Assembly: GCA_964035545.1 (NCBI GenBank)
Contig: OZ037767.1
Coordinates: forward strand, 28,412,628-28,476,627
From: Bugula neritina
Taxonomy: Eukaryota > Animalia > Bryozoa
Direction: 5' to 3'
Length of the DNA stretch: 64,000 nt
Both the position numbers and the translations under genes were made by a program. This document shows positions 1-13,100 of this stretch, one piece after another (positions within the stretch are counted from its first letter, which is position 1; each line of letters begins with the position of its first letter). The notes under the pieces are model-generated. The model saw only the letters and a program-made list of their open reading frames with translations. It was not told the DNA's origin and searched no databases.

Positions 1-240
1 TCTGGAATCCGTTTGCAATGTTAGCCTGCAGAATATATTATTAACATGACTTTATTTTATTATAAGTATCTTATAAAGTTTTAATCATAAACTTAATTGA
101 AATGATAATGTATTAAATTGACAAAACTGTAGCTTGAAAAACATCATGAAATTATAAGGTTTATGCTAAAAATATATTTTTCACAACTTTGTATAAATAA
201 ACTCATGCAAAAGTTTGCTGATATCTATACAACTCACCAT
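1..240 (-). CDS. 5' end of an unidentified spliced gene running off the left edge (M|ANIANGFQ...)
   Basis: On the minus strand, ATG at 240-238 is followed directly by the donor gtgagt. The intron ends at ttctgcag (27-26), and exon 25-1 reads GCT AAC ATT GCA AAC GGA TTC CAG. The ATG-bearing exon (273-238) has a ttttgttcttttag acceptor. Only 9 codons are visible, and the ATG could be internal. Confidence 0.5.
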
Positions 241-1779
241 ATTTCTTTCAACTCTTAATTCTTTAAATAAAATCTAAAAGAACAAAAAATAAATCAATAA
301 AAAAATATATAACTGAGCACCATTGCAAGCTATATATAATATGTGCTCTTAAATTTAGTAAATTTATAATTTGACATTCTAATTATAATAATTGGTGTTA
401 CTAATATAGGCTGAAAAGCAATATGGTGTGACATAATAGTACACAATAATCAAGGGTATAAAAGCTCTATAAATATGTGGCTTGTAGGCTAATGGCACAT
501 TTCACACCATGTCTGTTATATATGAAATAGCAATAGCAATAGTATCAGTAAAATACTTGTTAATGCTAATAGTATAACAAGCGAAAGGAATACTTATAAT
601 AAGTAATAGTTTGACTTTTACCCTGTACCTTGAATTTGTTTTAAAGTTTAGCGCACGTGCATGCAAACTAGAATTTCAGTAAATTAAACAACTGAACCCC
701 AGAGTCAAATGACTGCTGGTAAAAAGCTATTTCACTTTTCACCGTATGGCAGTCTGCCAATATAGGTCATGTAAAACTCAACCAATCAAAGCTCTGTACC
801 AACTTCAATATCTCACCAATACAACTTATGTTTGAACTTTAAGAGCAAAGTTATGTGTCTGTTATCTCGTAACCCTCTTATATAATACCTGTGCATCATT
901 TTTATTGCGAGGAAAAGAGAGACTTTCACTTTGTTTTTTTTAGTAATTAGATTTTAGAATATAATATATGACTTCTTTTTAGAATTCTGTAAATATTTCA
1001 GTAAAAATGTCAGGTCTGTAAACACTAATTGGATCAACTTTACAACAGTTGGAAGTGTTGTAAACAACAGGTCCAACTGTTGTAAAATATACCATATTAT
1101 AATACATCTTTTTAGCTCTTTTTTTAAGCAACATGCATTAATTAGTTGACTGGCAATTAGATAACAATATTCATTAGACTGCTTGTGTAGATGTAATGGT
1201 GAAACAATATAAAATTATTAATAGCTTATGCAGACAATTATAATAATATTATGCTCTGGTGAAGGAAAATATCTTATTGATATTTATAACATCAGCATAT
1301 TATTGTTTAGTGCTTCTTTCATTAAAGTTCGTAGGTATAGTATAGCAGTCTTGCTTATTGACCTTTTCACTCAGTGAAGATATATAGATTAATATACCTA
1401 TGTTACACCAGGCCTTTTTCTTTCTTTGTCAAAAAGGGGCCTACTGGCCCAACATGACCATATATATACACAAAATCTACTTAAACTTTAAAACATTCTC
1501 AAAAAAATAACTCTAGACTCACTACATTACTAAGATTACTTTCAAATGATATTAGGAAAAACAATGCACAAAAACATATGTACTTACAGTTACACAACTA
1601 ATTTCTAGAAGTATGCATTCTCAAAGGAATTTTGCTGTTCCGGTGGCAGAAATATTTCTCATGTAACAATATTATTGAGATTTTATTGATGGCACATGTT
1701 TCTAATTGGCTAGATTTTATGTGATCTATTTGCAATAACCTATCTTTCCTTATAAATGTGCTGTATTTTGTCTCTGTTT

Positions 1780-2364
1780 TAGGACTTGATCCTAAAAATC
1801 GAAGTTTTCATTGATCGCTAATCCGGAATTTATCATTATATAATAAAACAGAGCTCGGATGAAAAGACGGTTTAATTACCGCGTCGTCTATAATATCGTA
1901 AGAAAACCTTGGGTTGCCTAAGACACAAATAAAGATTCAAATCACTAGACAGTTGTTTATAACTTTGACGAGCTCGCGTTGTCGTAAATTTTTCAGCCTA
2001 AGTCACAATGTGTTAAAACTTGAATGTATGTTACTATTAATAATATCAATATTTCATTTTGATAATAATATAAACATTTTGATTTATAGTTTTAATTTAT
2101 GAACAGTGTACTGAAGCTTAATGTATTTTAGTCTGTTTATTTTTGTTATGTAAAGCGAAGTTTCACGCTATCTCAATCACATTCAGATTCAGTGATTCAG
2201 AATCACAGACACAATGCACTATGACTATGAGTATGACTATCACTATGCACTGATAGAGGCTTTTAATTTAAAATCAGAATGAAAATCGATACACTAACAA
2301 TAACAGTAACACTTACCGATTGAGACAGCACTGACACTGATAGTAAAACTAAAATATTGTAAGT
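1780..2364. promoter_or_regulatory. probable bidirectional promoter / first-exon region between the left-edge gene and the CCDC30-like gene
   Basis: CpG-enriched stretch at ~1800-1990 in an AT-rich background. Two perfect GTAAGT donors point outward (minus at 2316-2311, plus at 2359-2364). An imperfect RFX X-box-like GTTGCCTAAGACAC lies at 1913-1926. Confidence 0.4.
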
Positions 2365-4127
2365 TTAGGCTTCAGTTCACTAGGCCTAGTTGCAATTTGA
2401 ATTTGAATTAGTTTACTTTTGCAATTACACTAGACTTTGTATTATTACTTTTAGTTTTACTTTTAAATTGTTTAATAATTTGCCACACGTAGGCTTAGGG
2501 GCTAGGGCTTATGCTCTACCATAATTAAATTTAATATCATAGTAACACTAATACTAATAGTTAAACTTGATGTTGTGCTTGTGTTATGTTGATAACAGAT
2601 ACTGTGAGTGATAACAGATAAGGCCTGTGAGACTGGGTATTATTATGTATTATATTTTAATTTAATTTTATAATTCATACTGATATTGATAGTGATATTC
2701 ATATTGACTATTGTTTTTTATTGTGAGTATGATTATGTGAAAACACTATAATAATAATTATCATTATTATTGTGACAAAATGACTCTAACTAAGAGTTTT
2801 TAGATAAAATAGTCATAGTAATATAATATAATTAATTACAGACTAATATTAATGGAGCATAAAAACTGGTAGAACTTTTAGCCCAAGCTACTAACCGACT
2901 AAAAGAAGAGTTAAACTTCATCAAAAACAGTTGGTGTTATTTAATAACAATTTTTGAATGAGTATATTTTCAGTTAAATATTATTTTACTGCATTGATTA
3001 TATTTATAATTGGTACGTATTGGTCTTGTAATACTGATAGTAATAGTTGTTACACTTATAATCACACTTATTTCTTATAACTATAGTACTACTACTGTAA
3101 TAGTACTCATAGCTGTAACCATTCATTTGCTTTTCTGGTAGGCTTATTGCTTTCTTATGAGGTTGGCTTAAGAGAGAGGCAAAAAAATTTTAATAGTTTT
3201 ATTTGAAGCAAGGGTTGCGCTGAAGTTAACAATTAAAAAATAAATTCGGCATTGTTGATTTCAAACATGATCAAAGTGAACGTTTATAGTTTTATTTGAA
3301 TTTTATACCATGCCTATTATTGTAATGGCTAAATAATTAACTTATCTTTTAAGTTTTAAGTTTTATAGTTTGATTGCAAAACTGAGGTGTAATAACCGAC
3401 TTTTATCTTATCATAAGCTTAGAAATGTGCATTAATGTCATTTTGAAATAGAACTACTCTAAGTCACGCAGTCACTATTTTAATTGCAGATTTAGACTAA
3501 AGTTTACAATTGATCTTATAATATTTTGAGATTCAATCTAATGAAGCTGTAGGTTGAATTTTAATACTAATAATGTTAATAATACTTATTCGTATGATTT
3601 TCAATGTCTAAACATATTTACATATCGCAAAACGTAAAAGGTATGTTTACTTTTGATATATTCTAAGAATAATTTAAATTAAAAATAAGATTTTTGATTT
3701 TACCTTATGTCTATTGATCTCCACATTGGATATGCTATTACTGTTCTGTAGAATTCATCATAGTAATTTAGTATTACACTGTTGATCAATGTGGCCCTTG
3801 TACCATTACAACACCATACTAGTTCCAACCAGTATGGTGTTTTGTAGGCTATATTGTAAGACATAATTTGGTCAAAGATCAAAAATTTTAACAAGTATTA
3901 TTCATCCTAAATTTATGTATTCATGAGACATTTTTGTGCTATTGTACCACAAAGTTTATTTTACTTTGTATTGGTGAATCTAGTAAACCTCAAGTTTTAT
4001 AAAAGTTTCAAGTTTGTAAAAAGTGCCAATTGTTAGAATTTGTCTAATGCCAATGTAACTCTTACATTATAGAAATTATCTTAATTTACAATTTGTTTAT
4101 AATATTATTGCTGTTAGTTTTGGTAGT

Positions 4128-7100
4128 ATGAGTGATGAGCAAGTTCTCATGGAAAAGCTCCGTGAAGAAGGAGTGGACATAGAGAAAATAACTCCTGTTG
4201 AGAAAATCTTATATGTATGGAAGCTTTATCTTGCATCAGAGGTTTGTATTTTGACTGTGGTCAGTTGCCAACAATGAACTGAAACTTCCTGGGGGTTATA
4301 GTGCAATGGTAGTCAAGTTGAGTAACTAAAAATATTGCATTCCTTTTTCTACCTGATGCTAAACTACTGGTAATGCAGCTAAAGAGTGAAACATTTTACT
4401 CTCTCCTTTTCTGATGTAAGAAAGGCCTCCTAAGTTGCAATGTTGTCTTATATTGTAATATGGTTTTTTTAAATATTATTTGGGAATACATTTTAGACCT
4501 CTAAATGTGCATTGCATTATTATCTTATTGTTATAAGAGTGAACTGAAGAACATTCTGGAACAACATGAAGCCCTGAAAAGCAAGCACTCCGCAGAAATA
4601 CGAGAAATTGAAGCGTACGTTGAGGAGATCAAAACTCTGGCAGATGAGAGAGAATCACTCACCTTTGAATTTGAGAAAGAAAATGACATTCTAAAGAGTG
4701 AAATTGAAAATGGTAGGAGAACAAGTTGGTTTAGTTTTGTTACGACTCTCAATTACAAATCTATCATGGAGTGTTTTGTGTTGCTGCCTGTTTGAGGGGT
4801 TTTCAATGCTGCCGTATTTTGTCTGAATTTCAATCTCTCATTTGTGTGTTCATTTAGTAAGAGTTTTCATATTTTCTGTGCTCATTGTTTAATTATCGAT
4901 TCCTTTCAATGAGGGTGTTAGCAGGATTGTCTCAAACATGTTTCCTGTATTTCTGGTATTAGGAAGCGGCTACAGGTTGTCTATTCTTTCCCTGAATATA
5001 TGTAGTTAATATAGACACAATATTTTAATTATTTTGACTGTTCTTGTTAGCTTTGCTGGCAATTATTTGGCATTAAAGTAGTTAGCACTCGGCCTGCACT
5101 TGTGACAGCAACTGGAATAATTTTTAAATCCATGTAAAACAGAAAAATATCTTCTGCGCCACTTGAGTCAGAAATATAATATAATTAATACAAATCTTTC
5201 TTGTATTTTATTCAGTTTGTTGATCTCTAAGTAATCTATTAACATGTGTACTTTACTGTCTGCAGAAAGAGTGGAGGTATCAGAGATGTTGCGTCAGCAA
5301 GGACTGGATGATGTCATTTCCTCTTCTGTTCCTGAACAAGTGGCGTTTCTGTTGGTGGAGAGAGCTAAACTTCTCGATGCCTTAGAAAATGAGGTGAGTT
5401 TCCACTTAGAGAGTACAGGTAAATGCTGGTTATAAACCACTGTGAATCACAGAAGGGGCTTGTATAGAGTAGGTTTTAGATATTTAGAACTGCCAGGTGT
5501 TTACGGTGAGTTTTTTGTCTGTGCAAGACAATTATAGCTCTCTGCAGATTAGCCAGGTTGTAGATTATGTGAGAACCAGCCGAAAGTGTGTATATATAAT
5601 ATGTACTGTGTGTAGAACTCAGCTACATTGTATTCTATAGTACTGATACGTATAGACTACTATAGACACTGTAGAATATTTCACTGTCAAATGTAAGTTT
5701 TTCCAACTCAGTAAAGATGATTTCTTTTGTTTTTGCAAAGTAATTGTTTTGTTTATAAAATGTAGTTCAACCTGTATGAACTTTTCCAGCTATATATGAA
5801 GTCACCTTGTCATGTTTTGATATAATTTGTCAGGATTTTTCAACAATTAATCATAGCAAGTGAAAAACAAGAAATAGGATATTGTTTTACATGACTGTTT
5901 CCTAATTCTTGGCAAAGGATTTTCATTCCGTGGTTTCACTTGTGGAAGAATACAATAAGCTCTGAGTTTGATACATGAAATGAAGGTTTTCTGCAGTTAT
6001 TTGGTTATTTAACTGAGGATTTTCTGTTACATTAAAAAATTATAGAAGACATGTATGTTTACAAAACAGCCAAAGTCCTATCTTTGATATTACTGTCTGA
6101 CCGAAAGGGCGTGTGATAATTTCAAACGTGTCTACCAACATATTACATAATTGTTAAGATAAGGTTTAGGCTGCTCCAAGTACATCATGTATTTAAGATA
6201 AGTGCTGTCCTACTTAATGTACAGCAGCTTGCCACTAGCCTTACATCTTAATAGCTTGTTTGTTATGTTAACCGTACCTTCTTTTGTATTGTTTGTGGAT
6301 GTTTGTTAATAGCTCTACCTGGATCAATATGTCTTTCAATTCAAAATAAAACATAAAAGCTATTGGATTTGTAGTGTGTATAGAAATGGCCTACTCATAG
6401 GGTTTATCTCGATCCTGAGAGATTTTCTGTTGCTGCACTACTACTCCTAGATTGTTTGCCTTTTCTTCTAGAACATGTTTTGGAACGCATTTAATCTCAA
6501 TGGTTGTTTTTAAATCATTTACAGTAAATACATGCTATACACAGTTAGTATTGAATAAGTGATGGGATATGTTGTAAAAATAAGGTAGTTATTTGATTAT
6601 TGTCTTGTCAGTTTGTACTTGAAAAGCATTAAATGGAAAAAAAAACAAATCAACAGTTTATTATATTTTTATTTTAAAAATTCATCTTTTAAAAACGTTG
6701 TTATATTTTCGCTGTAGTTGTTGACCTATAAAAGTTTTACATTTAATTCAATTAGTTTTATCTGTAATTTAGAAAGTGTTGCTTGAGTTGTAGTTGAGTT
6801 TAAAAGGAAAGATGAAAAGCATATTGCCAGTTGTCACTCAAAGTCCTTCTGCAAATACTGAACTAGGTAAAGAATATCTTAGACTATCTCTATTTCATGC
6901 CTTACACTCGTTATATATCTAAGAGTTGTGTCACATGTAAGCTAGCAACACGTGCACTGACAATATTGAGGCTATTCATTGCATAGTTTGCATGAAACTC
7001 ATTTCATTTGGAAATTTCACAAACAATCAATTAGTAGAATATTTTATCAGTTGTGAGTTCCCACTGCCTCCACCGCTCTACTGTCATTCTGTAATCATCT

Positions 7101-10100
7101 CTTTGTTCACATAAGTATTAGGCAGCATTCTATGTGTTCTGTGAATAAATTGATTTGCAAGTTGACATCAAACTTGGAGTTATATTCTCACTTCATGTAG
7201 CAAGTTTCCCCTTTAACCCCTTCACTCCTTTTGACCCTTGATATCTCTAACGATTTCATGCAGATAATAATATGTGTCTTTGCACTAAACGCTAAGCTAC
7301 AAAACACTTACAATAATAAAATGCAACATTATATTTTTGGTAATTTTAATGTGCATTTCTTGAAATTGATTACTATTATTTTGTATAGATAATATGAAGC
7401 ATCAACAGGTGTAAAACATTGGTGGTCTATCGTATTATGTAACAGTTTGTTTAAAGATTTTAAAATGTTTTATAGACCCCTCCTTTAATAATGATACTAT
7501 AGTCACAAATGGCAAAGAAGATTCTGAAGAGTTATCAGCCCATTCTCAAACCGAGGTGAGACAAATGCCAAATATATATTTTGGGATGTTCCAGTGCTGT
7601 GTAATACTATTAGAATTGTTTGCTGTATTGAAATAATAACTGGTACTATGTATAGTGCATTATTTAACATTGAGATGTCTTGTGAGCTCAAAACATATAG
7701 TGTAAGACACAAATAGAGAGGGGAGTTGTAAAACCCATATTTCTAACTTAGATCAGGTGTTATTTAATTTTTAGATATGGTTTGGCATTTGCCACTGTCA
7801 AAAAATATCAATTATTTGCCTTGGTGTAATACATAGTTAGCTGAATCTGGTCGTATCTTAAAATATTATTACTGTGCCTACAGTTTACTGTGCCTACAGT
7901 TTACTGTGCCTACAGTTTACTGTGCCTACAGTTTACTGTGCCTACAGTTTACTGTGCCTACAGTTTACTGTGCCTACAGTTTACTGTGCCTACAGTTTAC
8001 TGTGCCTACAGTTTACTGTGCCTAAAGTTTGCTGTAACTACAGTTTACTGTAACTACAGTTTACTGTAACTAGTTACTCTGTAGTAAAAATAAGTTTATC
8101 AAATTTATGTTTAACTTTTGCTATTAATTAATTTTTCTGTTAGTTTACCAGCTTTGTCAACTTGCACGTTGGTCAGTTGGGTTGGGTCTGTGTGATAGTG
8201 AAATGGTGGTGACAGATTATTCAAATCCCTGGGTGATAAGGTTGCTATGTACCTGTGTGTGTGCAACAAGTTTATAATCTAGCGTATTTAAATTTAAGCA
8301 CAAACTCTAATAATGGGTTAATTAGAGTAGTATAAGAAGCATTCACAGATTACATATCTGCAGACGTATTATATACATTGCATCACAGACGGCAGCATGG
8401 CAGCGCACTTTATCTATATTCAGAATTTTGTTAAGCTGACTTAAGGACTTTAAGTGTACGGGTAGTCTGCACTGCCTTCAGTTAACAACCAGAAGCATTG
8501 TTTGATTACAAAAGTTGTTATGTAAGAGCCAGTAGATGTGATATAAGAGTTTTAACAAGCTCAAGTAGACAGTTATTCAGCTGCAGTGTTTAAAGTCAAG
8601 GCAGAAAATCACTTGTGCGTGTTGAACATGAACAATGGAGTTAATGGACACGCGGTATGTTTTATGCATTTAAATTATGATAAGGTTTTTTGAACACAAG
8701 TGAAATACAAACAAGCAATTACTAAAATTACTTGAGTGTGTTTGTTTTGTAAAAATGTCAGTTATGCATTGATATCCTGTAGGCGGAGATATTGTTATAA
8801 TTAATATGCTGTCTATAATGTACGGGGTGTGTTGGTAGGCATAGCTGTCAGTTTACTAAACTGAAAGTTCTCTAACAAACATTGGATTAGACTCAAAGTT
8901 AGATTAGAATTGGGAGATATTTTGTTATTGTTGCTGTGGTGCATGGACATGAATATACTCTAGCAATGCCTGTAAGTATAGCGTAGTATTATGTCAGCAA
9001 TAGATATTATTTATTCTACATGGGCAGAATTGTAATCTTCTGGTAGACGATAGTTGGATTTTGATGATAATTGTTGCTCATGGTTACAAAAAAGCTTAGC
9101 TTCTGTACCTTGGAAACAGTCTTAATGGCAAATTTTACTCAGGTTGCTAAATTTTTTTCTATTATTATGAAATATTATATTACGAATGGAATTAAATGTC
9201 CCAGTGGTGTATGATGTGTGCCTATGTGTAATCATGGATGGGAAGACAACGCGGGCTGATTTATATTACCGTGGTGCCAGATCTAGTAATACATTGACGT
9301 CTCAGACCCCCGCCCCCTCCCTAACACTAATCACAAGCTATAGAAAGACATGTTATAGATTTATTTAATCATGCTCTAAAAGTGTTCATATCAACTAAAC
9401 TCTGTGTAAATAGAACATTTGCAAATTTTTTTATTTTCCTCTTGAAATTGAGCTTTTATTTGCAAAGCTGTGAACTGCACGTGTAGGATTTACTATCGAG
9501 GGTTTCTTTCCTATGAACAGTTTGTCTTTCACTCAAATATCACTCGAACTTTTGTTAGTGCTGGTATTTTTACCTTTTTTTACTAATTAACTAATAATAG
9601 AACCATCTGTGCACAAGCTAACAATTATAAACTAAAATGGTTTACTTTGATGTAAAGTCACTTTTAAAGCAAGTTGTCTTTCTTATATGAGCTGAAACAA
9701 TAACACAATTTTATTCTATTTTGTATTGCCTGCCGTAAACTTGACTGCTTACATGTTAAATGTTCATGACACTATACCATGCATCATGATGTACTTCTAA
9801 AGACAAACTTATATAAAGTTTGTTTAAATTCTGCGTATCTGGCTGCATGTTGAGATATATCCGTCTGCCAACCCTTTGCAGGCGTGGGAAAATGAGTGTG
9901 ACAACTGCAGACGTCTCCAGAGAGAGAGGAATGACCTGTCTACTAAGTATATAGTAGCCGACGAGCAGGTAACTCCAACTTATTAATTATTCATACTCAT
10001 AGATTCCCAGTTCTCTGTAACCAGTGATAAACAGTAGTAATGAAATTTTAAACAATATGTCATCTTATTACCCAGAAACCTCTAGCAACTGCCGATGCAT

Positions 10101-13100
10101 TTTATTTAAATGTATTTTTTAAGTATTATTATAGTAATTTAAACAGCTAATATGAAACAAAAATAAAATATGAGTGTTTTTATGTGGCTTTTGTGTTAGC
10201 CAAACACACTACATAATAACTACGTGAGTACGTATTCTTGCTTGTATGATAATGATTAGTGAAACTATTTATTGTAAAGCTACACAGAAGCAATTTATTC
10301 AATTCTTACTTACCGTTGTAATTAAATTTGCAAACTCATTTTTCTAGTAGCAATATGGTTCCTGGAGCTAATTCATTGCTTATGTTGTATAACAAACTTT
10401 GATAAATTCAGTAAAATTTAAATTTATTTAATTTGTGTTGTTTTTGCAATGATCTGTGTTCTAACATGTGTTAAGTCTGCTATGTTTGTATACATTATGT
10501 ATAGGCAGTACTTGGTTAGAGTAATACTCTACCTTGTTGGTGTAAAGGAGATCTCTTTCGACGTTACTAGTTCAAATTCTGCTATAGCTAAGTCATACCT
10601 TCAAATGTCATTATGAAAATTGCATTCAACATATAAACTGTGCGTTGCCAGTAAATGAGATTAGACTGTGCTCGTCAAAGATACCTATTCTATGTACCAA
10701 CAGGTGAAATCCTTAGAGAGGAGAGTAGCTAGATATAAAGTGTTACTGGGGGAAGATGTTGTGAACAAAGACGATCTGATAAGCAGTTTGAAGGATGAAC
10801 TGGCATCCTATCAGGAGCAGCTAACTCTCAAGACCGATGAGCTCAACAGTAGCACAGCAGAACTCAGCCAAGTGCAGACAATTCTCAACTCTATGAATGA
10901 GAAGTGAGTTACTAGACTCACTCACTGCATACTATGAAACTACTTTATTTGAACAGTCAAAAGTTTATCAGCGTACTTTTAGTTTGTAAATTACTTTGAC
11001 GGGCCTAACTTGAAGTTATCTATTTGGCTCGTGGTATTTTGGTTTAATTGTAATCTGCAAATTTTTCTTTTAAATATGATTCTTTAAAATATGTTGTGGT
11101 TGAAGGTCTTCTAAATGAAGTCTAAAAGATTATATAAGAGTCTTATCATATCCTGTTGCTGATTTAGCCGCAAATATTTAACTTCCATTCATCATCAGCT
11201 GCCATTTTAGATAAAATTATTTAAAATAAAATTGTTAATACTGTGCAAGATGATTTAGTAATTTCGTTTTGATTCATCAATAAATTTTACTAATTTATCT
11301 TTGGAGTTTGGATTAAATCGAAATTAGTCATTATTTTGTCCTAATTTAATGGCTGTAGAAGCATGTCTTTTGACTATGTAAGCATGTTTTTGTAGACGGG
11401 AAACATATGAAAAGCATTGTCAGCCATTTGACTCTACTCAAACGTCATTCAATGGCACCCAGACTGCCCTTTCCATGTCTCTCACCCAACCCGAGGGAAA
11501 ACTTGCTGAACTCTTGGGGGAAAAGAACTCTGAATTGGAGTCTCTACAAACAGAACTCCTCGAGTTGAAAGAGAGCTCAGTCGCTGAATTGGAACAGACA
11601 ATCCTGAACTACGAGCAAAAGTTGTCTGAAATTAGAGAAGATGGAGAGGGTGGCTCTGAGGGTGGTGTAGCCTCAGAGTCAAGGATCAATGAGTTGCTAG
11701 AGCAAATCCGTATACTAGAATCTGAGAAGGCTGAGCTAGAGAGCAAGGTTATTAGACTAGAGGCGGATATATCAACCTATCAGAATGAACTTGAGCAGGT
11801 TCTGGCCAATCAGGAAGAAGAATTAGAAAGAAATGAGTTTCTGCAAAACGAGATAGATAGTCTTAAGGTAGTTTACAGTAGGAATGTTGTGTGAGCAATA
11901 AATTCGTGTCCGGTTATGGAAGGCTTTGATTTTCAATTACATACCCTGTAATCTTGTGGAAAAAACCTAAAAGGTTTTTAAATGTGTGTAATTTACAAAA
12001 TTTACTGCTTTTTTATAAAAGTACATTACTGTGTGGATCATTACTCAAAGTTGGTATTCCTTGTAGAGCAAGACTAATAAGGATAACACTGATGGAGTGG
12101 CTGGTGAGAATAGTAGACTCAAAGAGCAGTACCTCACACTAGAGACTCAGCATACTGAGCTACTTAACAACTTATCTAATGTTACCACTCAGTATGAGTC
12201 AGTCATGGAGCAGCTTGAGTCAGTGTCTGCTGAGTATGAGGTCATGAAGACACAATATCAGCAGGTAGCGCTGGTTAATATTGGCTTCTTTACTCCAATC
12301 AATTTGTACAGCTGTGCTCACCTGTAAAATTGTCATAAATTACGAAGCGAAATACTCAAGTTGTTCTACACTTGACCTCTGTAACTTGCTTTTCACTTCG
12401 ACACTGTGACTCACTTTAGAGTTTCATTGCTATTTACTTGCTAGTTACTATCACAAGTTTAATTTTCATTTGTTTACTGCAATTACCTGTTTAGTATTCC
12501 ACTTATTTCTGTCACCCACTGTCTAATTTAGAAGGAATTCGTTTTTAGTCTGTTGAAGAATGTCACAAGCTGAGCAATGATATCTCTGCCCTACAACAAA
12601 TACATGAAGTACTCGGTGATGATATAGAGACTCTTACAAACGAGAAAGAGAAACTATCAATTACCAACACTCAGTTACTACAGCAGGTAAATTACTACAA
12701 CAGGTACAAATACTACAACAGGTAAATTGCTGTAGCAGGTAAGTTACTACAGTAGGTAAAGTACTACAGTAGGTAATATTGCTGCACTTGTTAAGCAGGA
12801 ATGGGTGAAACTTTTACAACTTAGCTAGATAATATGTGAAATTTTGTGATATTCAATATATTATGTATTTAGTCAATTTTTGGCATGTGGTTAGGAATTT
12901 TGTAAGTACTATATTGTTATAATAATTGATTGTTATAAACAATCAATATTGTTATGTTAGGTGATTGTGATGGTTGTTTGTTAGCATATCCTATCTTAAA
13001 CTCTTAGATTGAGAGTGAAGAAGAATTTCATACAGAAGAACTGGCAGTGTGTGACCAAAAGCTCTCCACCCTTACTGAAGAATTATCTGCTGAGAAAACT

